The notes under the pieces are model-generated. The model was not told the DNA's origin, did no database searches, and saw nothing but the letters and a program-made list of their open reading frames with translations. Shown piece by piece: positions 11,722 to 21,379 of a DNA stretch of 64,000 nt; position 1 is the first letter of the stretch, and every line of letters starts with the position of its first letter. The stretch comes from Eledone cirrhosa (lineage: Eukaryota), in contig OZ024743.1 in assembly GCA_964016885.1 (NCBI GenBank), positions 71,362,001 to 71,426,000 of the forward strand, read 5' to 3'. The position numbers and the translations under genes are program-made.

Positions 11722-13500
11722 ATGGCCGAAGCTTCTTCACCAAAATTCGAAGGAGGAAAGGGGAAGATGAACTTACAGCTTCCCCCTGCCACTGTCACAG
11801 TAGCAGAGGTCAAGAAGAAAGGTCAGCCAGAGGAAGAATTCTCTCCACCTGTTAACCGACAACTTGACGTTGCCATGGCAACAACTCAAAGAACCAGCGG
11901 CAACAGCAACAACAACAATGCGACGGACGAAAACAACACCAATAACAATAACAACAACAAGACCAATAACGGTGACAACAACAACAATGATAACAACAAC
12001 ACCACCAACGACAACAACAACACAAACAAACAAAATTTCTCCTTCGCCGAGACGACAAGGAAAACCCTCGACTATCTGCCAGTAGATATAACAAAAGCGA
12101 AGGAGCTACTGGCGGATGCGAAAAAATATATAGTGTACGGGGAAAATGGTTCATTCACAATCCATTCCCCCCCGGAACTAAAAAGCCAGAGACTCCTAAA
12201 CACGGTCATGTTTAGGACAATCTCGAACAAAAGTAAAAAACCAGCTCAACCATCACAGAGCGAGATAGAGCTGGTTTTAAAAGACGTCATGAAGGACATC
12301 ACCTTCATTCAGAAGGATAGACTCTACGGGAGTCTATCCATTCTCATGAAGGACAGGGACACAGCAGTGAAACTGTCCATCAAACCAATCACATCCACCG
12401 CATACACCTTCTACCCTACGTACATGGGTAGAAGAACACAAAAAATAAAAATCCACACCATCCTGCCGATTATGGACATATGGTGGGTTTTGACAGGTTT
12501 TCTGGACCTGGAGGATGACATGCTGGTGTCCATGGGAAAGGCATCGGGTGACGCGTTCAGTGGAACGAGCCTCGAACTTGTAGTTCAAATGAGGCCCGAA
12601 AGGATCGCCCAGATCCCTGAACGCGTCATACTGGATGATCTAACCTTCATCAACATTACCGTTGAGGGTAGACGGCCCTCGTGTTACCTCTGCGGAACCA
12701 GAGGTCACCTGAGGGCTGTCTGTCCCCAACTTAATAAGAAAACCCCAATCCTGCCTACACCACCAACAGCTGCACAACCAACACAATCACCACAACTACC
12801 ACTACAAAAACAACCACCACAGCTCAAACCAAAACAAAACAATGTCCAACCCATCCCCTCCACTCAAAAAACAAAAACAATTTCCAAAACACCCGTACCG
12901 CAAACACAACCCGAAAATATACCCCTCCCCTCCAACGCGGAAGATGACCCTAGTTCGTCGTCAGACGAGGAGGAGCACTTCCACACAATCAAAAGAAAAA
13001 AAAGAAAACACACCTCAGACACACAAATGAAAAAAAACCCTCCCCAAAACATAACACTGACACCAACACAAAAGAGCTCACAACAGCAAACAAAAAACAC
13101 CACACAAAAACAAAAACATGCATACACATACATAAATACAAGAAACAAAAAACTGTTAAACATTGTGTACAACAACAATCTAATAAAAACACAAGGGCCT
13201 AACTTCACCCAGGCAGGGGATTTCCCCCACCTCAAAATGATTAAGGCCCCACAGGACACCTATAAAACTTTAAAAAACAATTTTAAAGAGGACGTGGGTC
13301 CCCCCTGCGTCGGGCCCATTAACCGCGTCCTCCTAAAAAACTATCCCACCCCCTCCCCAAACACCCTCACAACTCCAAGCTCCCCAACCACACAACACAC
13401 TGATGCCCCCACACTTCCACAAACCACCACCCCACCCAACAACCCATCCCCCACCCTAATGGAAATTGTGCAGCCCGATACCCGGGACGCAGAGAGGTAA
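11722..13500 (+). CDS. LINE ORF1 (gag-like nucleic-acid-binding protein, 592 aa)
   Basis: CCHC knuckle CYLCGTRGHLRAVC; Asn-rich N-terminus; P/Q/T-rich tail; lies directly upstream of ORF2. Confidence 0.88.
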   Translation: MAEASSPKFEGGKGKMNLQLPPATVTVAEVKKKGQPEEEFSPPVNRQLDVAMATTQRTSGNSNNNNATDENNTNNNNNNKTNNGDNNNNDNNNTTNDNNNTNKQNFSFAETTRKTLDYLPVDITKAKELLADAKKYIVYGENGSFTIHSPPELKSQRLLNTVMFRTISNKSKKPAQPSQSEIELVLKDVMKDITFIQKDRLYGSLSILMKDRDTAVKLSIKPITSTAYTFYPTYMGRRTQKIKIHTILPIMDIWWVLTGFLDLEDDMLVSMGKASGDAFSGTSLELVVQMRPERIAQIPERVILDDLTFINITVEGRRPSCYLCGTRGHLRAVCPQLNKKTPILPTPPTAAQPTQSPQLPLQKQPPQLKPKQNNVQPIPSTQKTKTISKTPVPQTQPENIPLPSNAEDDPSSSSDEEEHFHTIKRKKRKHTSDTQMKKNPPQNITLTPTQKSSQQQTKNTTQKQKHAYTYINTRNKKLLNIVYNNNLIKTQGPNFTQAGDFPHLKMIKAPQDTYKTLKNNFKEDVGPPCVGPINRVLLKNYPTPSPNTLTTPSSPTTQHTDAPTLPQTTTPPNNPSPTLMEIVQPDTRDAER

Positions 13501-13524
13501 GTGCCTTTTCTCTTCACCACCAAC

Positions 13525-16500
13525 ATGGCTATGCTAAGAGTAGGCTGTTTAAATGCGCGTGGCCTGGGCTCAACTTGGAAGCAAGCAATGCTTCTAAATG
13601 ACCTCAGGTCACAACGTATAGATGTGATGGTTATTTGCGAGGCCCGGATCAGCAACGTGCGACAGCTGGCCCCCACCTTTGATGACTTTGAGATGCACGC
13701 ATCTCTCTGTCAGCCCGGAGGTGGGGGTGGAGTTGTCGTTCTGCTGCAAAAACATCTGGGTCTCGCAACACAGATGGTACATTTGGACCCGGAGGGTCGA
13801 CTAGTGGTTCTGGACCTTGGCAGTGGTAAAGGCGGAGCGTTTAGGTTGGTAGCCGCCTACGGCCCTTTCGGGTCAATGCGGCCGGACTTCTTCCATCGTC
13901 TGGAGACTTTTCTAGGGACGTCCCGCTCCTTGCTATTAGTGGGGGACTGGAATGGTATCCTAGATGCACGCTGGGACTACGTAGGGGCCTGCCCCGATAG
14001 AGAGGGGTGTAATAGCCTCAAAGGGTTAATCGGTCGATTTGACCTGGCCGATAGATATCGACTAGATTTTCCGACTGCGCCAACCTGGACTTGGGCAAAT
14101 CGTAGCGGATCATCTAGGTCGTACCTAGATAGGTTCTTAGTTAGAATTAAGGATAAGGACTTTTTAAGTTGTCCAAAAATGCGCATTGTTGGCTATTCAG
14201 ACCACAAATTAGTGACCTGCATGGTCAACCTTGACAGAACTCATAGACAGGGCCCCGGTTACTGGAAGCTCAACTTGTCCTTGCCGGCAAGTAGAGCCTA
14301 CAGGAATCGGATTAGTACGTTAGTTAAGGAACGGTTGACTGGAGCGATCGTCAACAGCAGGTGGTGGGTATCTCTAAAGAGAGAGATTAGAGTAGTCTCG
14401 ATAGAATTTAGTAAGGTTCTAGCTGCGGATAGGAATAGGAAGGAAAGGGAGCTAATAGATAGAGTAGAAGAGGCAATTAGAAGCGGCGACGTGGCCAGAG
14501 TGCTAGCGTCGAGAACGGCTTTGAGCCAGTTTTTCGACGCGAAGCACGAAGGCTGCGTTGTCCGAAGTAAAATACGTGCTCTAGGGAACGAGGGGACCAA
14601 AGCTGTTAGCTGGGCCCGCGTGACAGAGGCCAACAGTGGAACTAAATCCACCATCCGGTCTTTGCGAGACCTGGATGGACGGGCGATTCTTGAGCCTAAG
14701 CAGATGTGTGAGGCCTTTCAAAGGCACTTTGCCCGACTGTTCGGGAGGGGCGGGGAGCCGGTTGGGAACGTGGACTTCGGTCCATACCTCGACGGCCTGC
14801 CGCGCCTCTCGGACAGGGAGGCGAAGTCCTGCGAAGAGCCGATTTCGGCCGCTGAGATAGAGGACGTGCTGAGCCAATGCGGCAAACGCAAATCCCCGGG
14901 TCTCGATGGTCTTCCTTACGAATTATATCTAGCTATGCCGGACTTGTTCCCCGATCTCCTCGAGGCGGTCTACTGCAACTGGCAACAGAACGGGAGAATT
15001 CCCTGTACTGTGACCAAGGGCGTAGTCACGCTAGTGAGGAAGGACGAGAACAAGGGGGACGAAATAAGTAACTTCAGGCCCATAACACTGCTAAATACAG
15101 AGTTACAGATTTTGGCCAAGGTGCTAGCAAAGAGGTTGGCGCTTGTCGTGGGCAACCTGGTGGGAGATGCGCAGACATGCGCTATCCCGTCCAGGTCCAT
15201 CCATGACAACCTCCACCTCATGCGATACATCATAGAGAGGGTTGGGAACGAACCCGGCTTTGGTGGGGCTCTGATCAACTTGGATCAATCTAAGGCGTTC
15301 GATAGGGTCGACCATGGTTACCTGGATGCGGTGCTAGCGGCGGCAGGCTTCGGACCCGTTTTCAGGGGCTGGATCACTGCTATGCACAGCAGCCGCATCT
15401 GCTCTAGGGTCAAGGTGAACGGCTACCTCTCGGAGCCGTTCAAAATCGCGCGGTCCATCCGACAAGGGTGCCCTCTCTCCTCCCTTCTGTATGTGTTGAC
15501 TCTCGAGCCACTACTGCGGAAGTTGGAGTTGTTGCAGGGCATCCCTTTGGAACCGGGATTGCGGAAAGCGGTGTCGGCCTACGCCGATGACGTGACAGTA
15601 ATGGTGTCGACGGCCTCCGAAATCGAGGCGGTCGGCACCTTACTGGAGGAGTACGAAAAGTTCACAGGGGCTAAGCTGAACCGGGACAAGTCGATCGGTT
15701 TGCAACTCGGCACGTGGAGGGGCAGACCGATGCCCTCCGATAGCGTCGTCGGACGCTGGACGGAGGGCCCGGTGAAGTTGCTCGGGGTCTGGTTCGGACC
15801 GGACCTCCAGGTGGAGAAAAACTGGGCGGAGGTTACGAACAGGGTGTTTGCACTGACCCAGAAGTGGGCCAGTTGCAAACTATCCCTGAAAGGCCGGGCG
15901 GAGGTGGCGAACACCTACATAGCGTCCGTCATCTACTACCGCCTGACCGTAGTGCCCTGCCCAAGGGAAACCCTCACCAAGATGGAGCGCGCGCTCTTCC
16001 AATTCCTTTGGAAGAGGCGGGCTCCTATGGTGAGGAGATCCATCTGCTGTCAACACCCTTCGAAAGGAGGGCTGGGGATGCCGTGGCTAATGATGCGTAA
16101 ACACGCATTAAGGCTACGGCACCTCTACGTATTCCTCACCGGACAACCGGTGTGGGCCTCGTTTGTGAGACGAACCTTTCCCAGACTCGTCTCACTCACC
16201 GAGCTGCAATCCTGGGTCAAGCAAAGACCGAGAAAACTGGGCGCCTGGCACACTGAGTGTGCCCAGGCGCTCACCGCCCTCTGGCAGGCGGATCCGGTTA
16301 TCAGTGGAGACTCCACCGCAACATTCTATAGAGGGCTGGTACGCAGCAGGTGCGACGACGCCCTCGGAGAAGCCCTAGACATGGAGGAGGACGAACTGGC
16401 CAGCCTGTTCGGTAGGACATTCAGCCCGGGACCTATGGACAACTTCCAGAAGTCCCTGGCCTGGCAGTGCTACCGAGGGGCTTTACCCGTTCGAGAAAGG

Positions 16501-16962
16501 CTCTACAGACACGGGCGCCCGGGTAGGGACCCCGCCAAAAAGATCTGTCCCAGATGCGTGTGCGACGAGGAAACCGTTGCACACGCATTAGTACACTGCT
16601 CGGGCGTAGCCGATCTGTGGGGCTATGTCGAACAACTGCTGTCAAGGGTGGGACCGATCCGGTTGACCACCGAGTCTATTGTAATGATCAAGCCGCCTCC
16701 CCCCTTCAAAGATGAAGCAGAGGCGGTGTTTCTGTGCGTAATAGCCATGGCGAAAGAGGTTGTATGGTGGACGCGTCTGAAAGGACTGAGGTCGGGCACC
16801 TTTCTCTCTGGCCAACAACTGGTCCGTTTCTTCCGATATCATTTCGGAAGAAGGATCAGGATGGAGAGAGAGGTGCTGCACCCCAGCCGTTTCTATGAAA
16901 GATGGGTGAAAGTGGCGAGAATGGCCCGTGTGAATGGGCCTTCACTCTACATCAGACTATAG
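13525..16962 (+). CDS. LINE ORF2: AP endonuclease + reverse transcriptase + C-terminal zinc-binding domain
   Basis: APE motifs LNARGL, ICE, GDWN, YLDRF, SDH; RT motifs KSPGLDG, RPITLLN, DQSKAFDRV, RQGCPLS, YADD; CPRC..ETVAHALVHC; first ATG at 13525 (track opens at GTG 13501). Confidence 0.95.
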   Translation: MAMLRVGCLNARGLGSTWKQAMLLNDLRSQRIDVMVICEARISNVRQLAPTFDDFEMHASLCQPGGGGGVVVLLQKHLGLATQMVHLDPEGRLVVLDLGSGKGGAFRLVAAYGPFGSMRPDFFHRLETFLGTSRSLLLVGDWNGILDARWDYVGACPDREGCNSLKGLIGRFDLADRYRLDFPTAPTWTWANRSGSSRSYLDRFLVRIKDKDFLSCPKMRIVGYSDHKLVTCMVNLDRTHRQGPGYWKLNLSLPASRAYRNRISTLVKERLTGAIVNSRWWVSLKREIRVVSIEFSKVLAADRNRKERELIDRVEEAIRSGDVARVLASRTALSQFFDAKHEGCVVRSKIRALGNEGTKAVSWARVTEANSGTKSTIRSLRDLDGRAILEPKQMCEAFQRHFARLFGRGGEPVGNVDFGPYLDGLPRLSDREAKSCEEPISAAEIEDVLSQCGKRKSPGLDGLPYELYLAMPDLFPDLLEAVYCNWQQNGRIPCTVTKGVVTLVRKDENKGDEISNFRPITLLNTELQILAKVLAKRLALVVGNLVGDAQTCAIPSRSIHDNLHLMRYIIERVGNEPGFGGALINLDQSKAFDRVDHGYLDAVLAAAGFGPVFRGWITAMHSSRICSRVKVNGYLSEPFKIARSIRQGCPLSSLLYVLTLEPLLRKLELLQGIPLEPGLRKAVSAYADDVTVMVSTASEIEAVGTLLEEYEKFTGAKLNRDKSIGLQLGTWRGRPMPSDSVVGRWTEGPVKLLGVWFGPDLQVEKNWAEVTNRVFALTQKWASCKLSLKGRAEVANTYIASVIYYRLTVVPCPRETLTKMERALFQFLWKRRAPMVRRSICCQHPSKGGLGMPWLMMRKHALRLRHLYVFLTGQPVWASFVRRTFPRLVSLTELQSWVKQRPRKLGAWHTECAQALTALWQADPVISGDSTATFYRGLVRSRCDDALGEALDMEEDELASLFGRTFSPGPMDNFQKSLAWQCYRGALPVRERLYRHGRPGRDPAKKICPRCVCDEETVAHALVHCSGVADLWGYVEQLLSRVGPIRLTTESIVMIKPPPPFKDEAEAVFLCVIAMAKEVVWWTRLKGLRSGTFLSGQQLVRFFRYHFGRRIRMEREVLHPSRFYERWVKVARMARVNGPSLYIRL

Positions 16963-17226
16963 GTGAGGAAGATGAAAGACCAAGGGAGCACCCCTTCTCT
17001 GTGCTCCTGAGGAGAAGGGTTGCACACTTTTTTCGGGGGTGTGTGCGACCCCCCAAGGCGCCTCCTCTCTATTGAGGATTTTGTTAAAAATTTTATTTTT
17101 TGTTATATCTTATTTTATTTTTATATTTTGTTATTGCCTCCTCCTTATTGAGGACGCCTTTTTGTGTAAACTCCCCCCTTTGTACTTGTCCCACTTTTGA
17201 TGCCCTAGTGGCAAATAAAAGAAATA

Positions 17227-17284
<58 letters not shown>

Positions 17285-17368
17285 GTCACCTATCTACCTA
17301 TATGTCTATCTATTTGCTCATTTTTCTGTCTGTCTGTCTGTCTGTCTGTTTATCTACTTGGCTCTCTA

Positions 17369-18521
17369 TCTGGGGATGCCGTGGCTAATGATGCGTAAAC
17401 ACGCATTAAGGCTACGGCACCTACACGTATTCCTCACCGGTCAACCGGTGTGGGCCTCGTTTGTGAGACGAACCTTTCCCAGACTCGTCTCACTCACCGA
17501 GCTGCAATCCTGGGTCAAGCAAAGACCGAGAAAACTGGGCGCCTGGCACACTGAGTGTGCCCAGGCGCTCACCGCCCTCTGGCAGGCGGATCCGGTTATC
17601 AGTGGAGACTCCACCGCAACATTCTATAGAGGGCTGGTACGCAGCAGGTGCGACGACGCCCTCGGAGAAGCCCTAGCCATGGAGGAAGATGAACTGGCCA
17701 GCCTGTTCGGTAGGACATTCAGCCCGGGACCTATGGACAACTTCCAGAAGTCCCTGGCCTGGCAGTGCTACCGAGGGGCTCTACCCGTTCGAGAAAGTCT
17801 CTACAGACACGGGCGCCCGCGTAGGGACCCCGCCAAAAAGATCTGTCCCAGATGCGTGTGCGACGAGGAAACCGTTGCACACGCATTGGTACACTGCTCG
17901 GGCGTAGCCGATCTGTGGGGCTATGTCGAACAACTGCTGTCAAGGGTGGGACCGATCCGGTTGACCACCGAGTCTATTGTAATGATCAAGGCGCCTCCCC
18001 CTTCAAAGATGAAGGAGAGGCGGTGTTTCTGTGCGTAATAGCCATGGTGAAAGAAGTTGTATGGTGGACGCGTCTGAAAGGACTGAGGTCAGACACCTTT
18101 CTCTCTGGCCAACAACTTGTCCGTTTCTTTCGATATCATTTCGGAAGAAGGATCAGGATGGAGAGAGAGGTGCTCCACCCCAGTCGTTTTTATGAAAGGT
18201 GGGTGAAAGTGGCGAGAATGGCCCGTGTGAATGGGCCTTCTCTTTACATAAGCCTGTAGGTGGAAAAGAGGAAGGAACGAGGGAGCACCCCCTCTCTTTG
18301 CTCCTGAGGAGAAGGGTGCACACTTTTTCCAGGGGTGTGTGCGACCCTCCAAGGCGCCTCCTCTCTATTGAGGATTTTGTTATAAAATTTATTTTGTTAT
18401 ATTTTATTTTATTTTTATATCTTGTTATTGCCTCCTCCTTATTGAGGACGCCTTGTTATGTAAACTCCCCCCATTGTACTTGTCCCACTTTTTGATGCCC
18501 TGGTGGCAAATAAAAGAAACA
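17369..18521 (+). mobile_element. 5'-truncated copy of the same Tx1 family, with a frameshift
   Basis: Near-identical to 16073-17226; 1-bp deletion near 18000 splits ORFs 17358-18038 and 17852-18259; ends gtggcaaataaaagaaa. Confidence 0.92.
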
Positions 18522-19165
18522 TATCTATCTGCCCACCAATATCTTGCTCTCTTTCAAACTGTCTGTCTGTTTGTCAGCATGTCTGTTTTCCTGTCTGTCC
18601 ACCAGTCTCTCTGTCTGTGTCTTTACCTGTCTGTCTACCTGTTCCTGTCTATCCATCCAATTGTCTACCTGAACCTGTTTCTCCACCCAATTGATTACCT
18701 GTCTCTCTGTCTCTATCTGCAGAGAAATACATATATCTATATATGTGTATATAAACACATTGATGTACACAAAATATACAAACTCACGTACTAATACCAG
18801 CATACTCAGTTATACTAGGGAACATATACACAAATGTATACACCTCCATAATCGCACGACCACAATCACATTTCTATACAAACACACTCATACCACCATA
18901 TCCACTTAAACAAGTGAACCCCCCCCCCCCCACACACACATATATATAAGTGTTTCAAACTTTATTTTATCATGAGTTAAAGGTCTATAGATTTTTCCCT
19001 GGATTTTACTAAATTCTGTGGATGAATTTATATCCTGATTCTCTTTTGAGATGAGTTTGAGTTATTTTTCCTAAATCTTTCGTTAACTACTTTTCCCATC
19101 TTGACGTTATAGTCGCATATATGTTATAGAATGCCGTTAGCTTCTTGCTAAAACAATCTCTATAC

Positions 19166-19211
<46 letters not shown>

Positions 19212-19374
19212 GACGTTAAGTAAGTTAATTTTTAATTTTTAAAATTTTCTTATTTTACGTCTTTCATATAATTGTTCTGCATCCCCCTGCATAGAACCAC
19301 CTAGGTACTATAACATAACTTATGTATTTGCTAGCATTAGTGTACATCTGTACGCATATGTTGGTAAATATACT

Positions 19375-19409
<35 letters not shown>

Positions 19410-19466
19410 TATATATATATATATATGTGATAAAAGAGTGATAACATTTTCTCCGAACGAAATACC

Positions 19467-19557
19467 CGTGTCTGAAAGAACCTGCAGCAGTAGAGTCAGC
19501 CAGATCCATACAAGGACCATGTCTCGAGCTACCTGTCGGCGAAACAATTGTAACACG
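19467..19557 (+). ncRNA. Type-I hammerhead ribozyme, variant core
   Basis: Stem I CGTGT/ACACG; core CTGAAAGA (one extra A); long stem II; GAAACAATTGTA (palindromic stem III, GUA triplet); AATAAA at 19559. Confidence 0.7.
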
Positions 19558-19692
19558 CAATAAATTAAGTCGAGATGCATCACTGATTTTTCGTTTTCTT
19601 TATACTATCTACACTCTACTCTGCTAATTTTAGCATACCGCCTATAGAAGCACCATAGCTACCATTATACACAACTATCTATCTATCTATAC

Positions 19693-19763
<71 letters not shown>

Positions 19764-19959
19764 GATGTGCCTACAATAAAATTAGAATATTAATCAACAT
19801 TTTGATATTTCCTGTCAGTTCAATGAGACTATCAAAGTTCAATTATATTATCGATTGGTAAATTCAAAAATTTAATCTGATTTATTCTCAATATTTTATA
19901 GATATTATCTAACATGGCTTCGATTTAAGGATCGTTAAACCTCCTCCTCATCCTCCTCC

Positions 19960-20180
19960 CCTTCTTCTTCTTCTTCTTCTTCTTCTTCTTCTTCTTCTTC
20001 TTCTTCTTCGCCCATTTGTTGCTTGCCCATTTGTTGCTGAGAGGGTCGTGGGGTCAGAGTCCCCAAACATTCCTTCCAGTGAGTCCTGTCAGAAGCCACC
20101 GTCTCCAACTGATCCGGCTGGATCCCTAAGAGAGACCAGCCAAGCTCATGGATGTTATCCAACCATCTTGCTCGGGGTCT
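19960..20180 (-). mobile_element. RTE-type LINE 3' end with (GAA)n tail
   Basis: Minus-strand peptide LETVASDRTHW matches the RTE C-terminal A.DR..W pattern; followed by a trinucleotide tail. Confidence 0.55.
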
Positions 20181-20241
20181 ACCCTTGTGTCTCGTTAAAC
20201 ATCCAATATGTTAAAATATTAAATACAATTTGATGTGTGTG

Positions 20242-20336
<95 letters not shown>

Positions 20337-20414
20337 TACCCAAAGTATCGAGTACTCTGGTCTGTTATGGTCCACGTGATTCCTTCCTACACTTCGTTCG
20401 TTATACACACACAC

Positions 20415-20465
<51 letters not shown>

Positions 20466-21102
20466 CTAGCTGAATGTCCCGGCATTGCCCGGGTTACTGC
20501 TGTTTTTATTCAGATTAGGAAACAATAAATATGAAGAATTTCTTTTTCTCATATTCACTTTACATAAAATATGTCAAAGTTGTAATGATAATAGAATTTA
20601 GAAATGAAAATCTCTTCAACCCGGTTTTACCATCTTCTTTTCTCAACCAAGAAACCAACAAAAATCACAAAAAGGAACACAAAAAATATATATATATATT
20701 AAGAATAGCAAACAAAAATCATAATCAATTTTCTGTCGAAAACAAAAAACAGCCAAAAAACAGTTTTTTTTTAACGGATGATAAAGTACTGTAAAGTTGT
20801 TGGAAGAGCCTGATAGAATTAGATGAGCAACAGCCAGAAGCACAGCAGCAGCAGTATTTCGAACTGTCCACCATTTAGGGTCGTAATCTTCAGTTTCGAT
20901 ATCAGATTTATGAGAGAGGTATATCGTGAATTATTGAGTTTTATCGATTTTTTTGCGTAATTGGGGATCAATTTTAAATATATAAATTCTGCATGACCTA
21001 ATTGAAGCTATTTCGAATATTGATAAGTAATTTTCCATTGAAGGAGGTGTTTTCTTTTAATCGTATAGAAAAGGAACATGCACACACACTCGCTTTTATA
21101 GA
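20466..21102 (-). mobile_element. Helitron 3' terminus; possibly a complete short non-autonomous Helitron
   Basis: Minus strand ends CCCGGGCAATGCCGGG hairpin + CTAG|T; a possible 5' end TCTATAAAAGCGAGTGTGTG lies at 21102. Confidence 0.7.
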
Positions 21103-21103
21103 T

Positions 21104-21290
21104 AATTGTTTCTACTTTAGGCACAAGGCCAGCAACTACCCAGTGCATTACTGGTACTTTATTTTATCGACCCCGTAAGGATGAAAGGCAAAGTCAACCT
21201 CGGCGGGATTTGAACTCAGATCGTAAAGGGACGTAACTATGCTGGAAAGCATGGCGCCCGACCCTCTACCGATACTGCCAATCCACCGGA
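21104..21290 (-). mobile_element. SINE family A
   Basis: Matches the family A copies. Confidence 0.85.
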
Positions 21291-21379
21291 TAATGATATA
21301 TATCTGTATGTGAGTGTGTGTATGTGTTTGTATATATATAAACTCTTTTTGTGTTAAATCATCTCAGTGGTAATGCACG

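Larger units (their letters stand above)
11505..17226 (+). mobile_element. Full-length Tx1-clade non-LTR retrotransposon (~5.7 kb)
   Basis: Two open ORFs; 3' UTR with AATAAA; flanked on both sides by (TCTA)n. Confidence 0.93.

Noticed and set aside
13977-16881. Many antisense and alternative-frame ORFs over the LINE, and likewise over the Helitron
   Set aside because: Shadow ORFs of GC-rich coding sequence with no recognisable motifs
17358-18259. Independent genes of 226 and 135 aa
   Set aside because: They are the two frameshifted halves of a truncated duplicate of the ORF2 C-terminus
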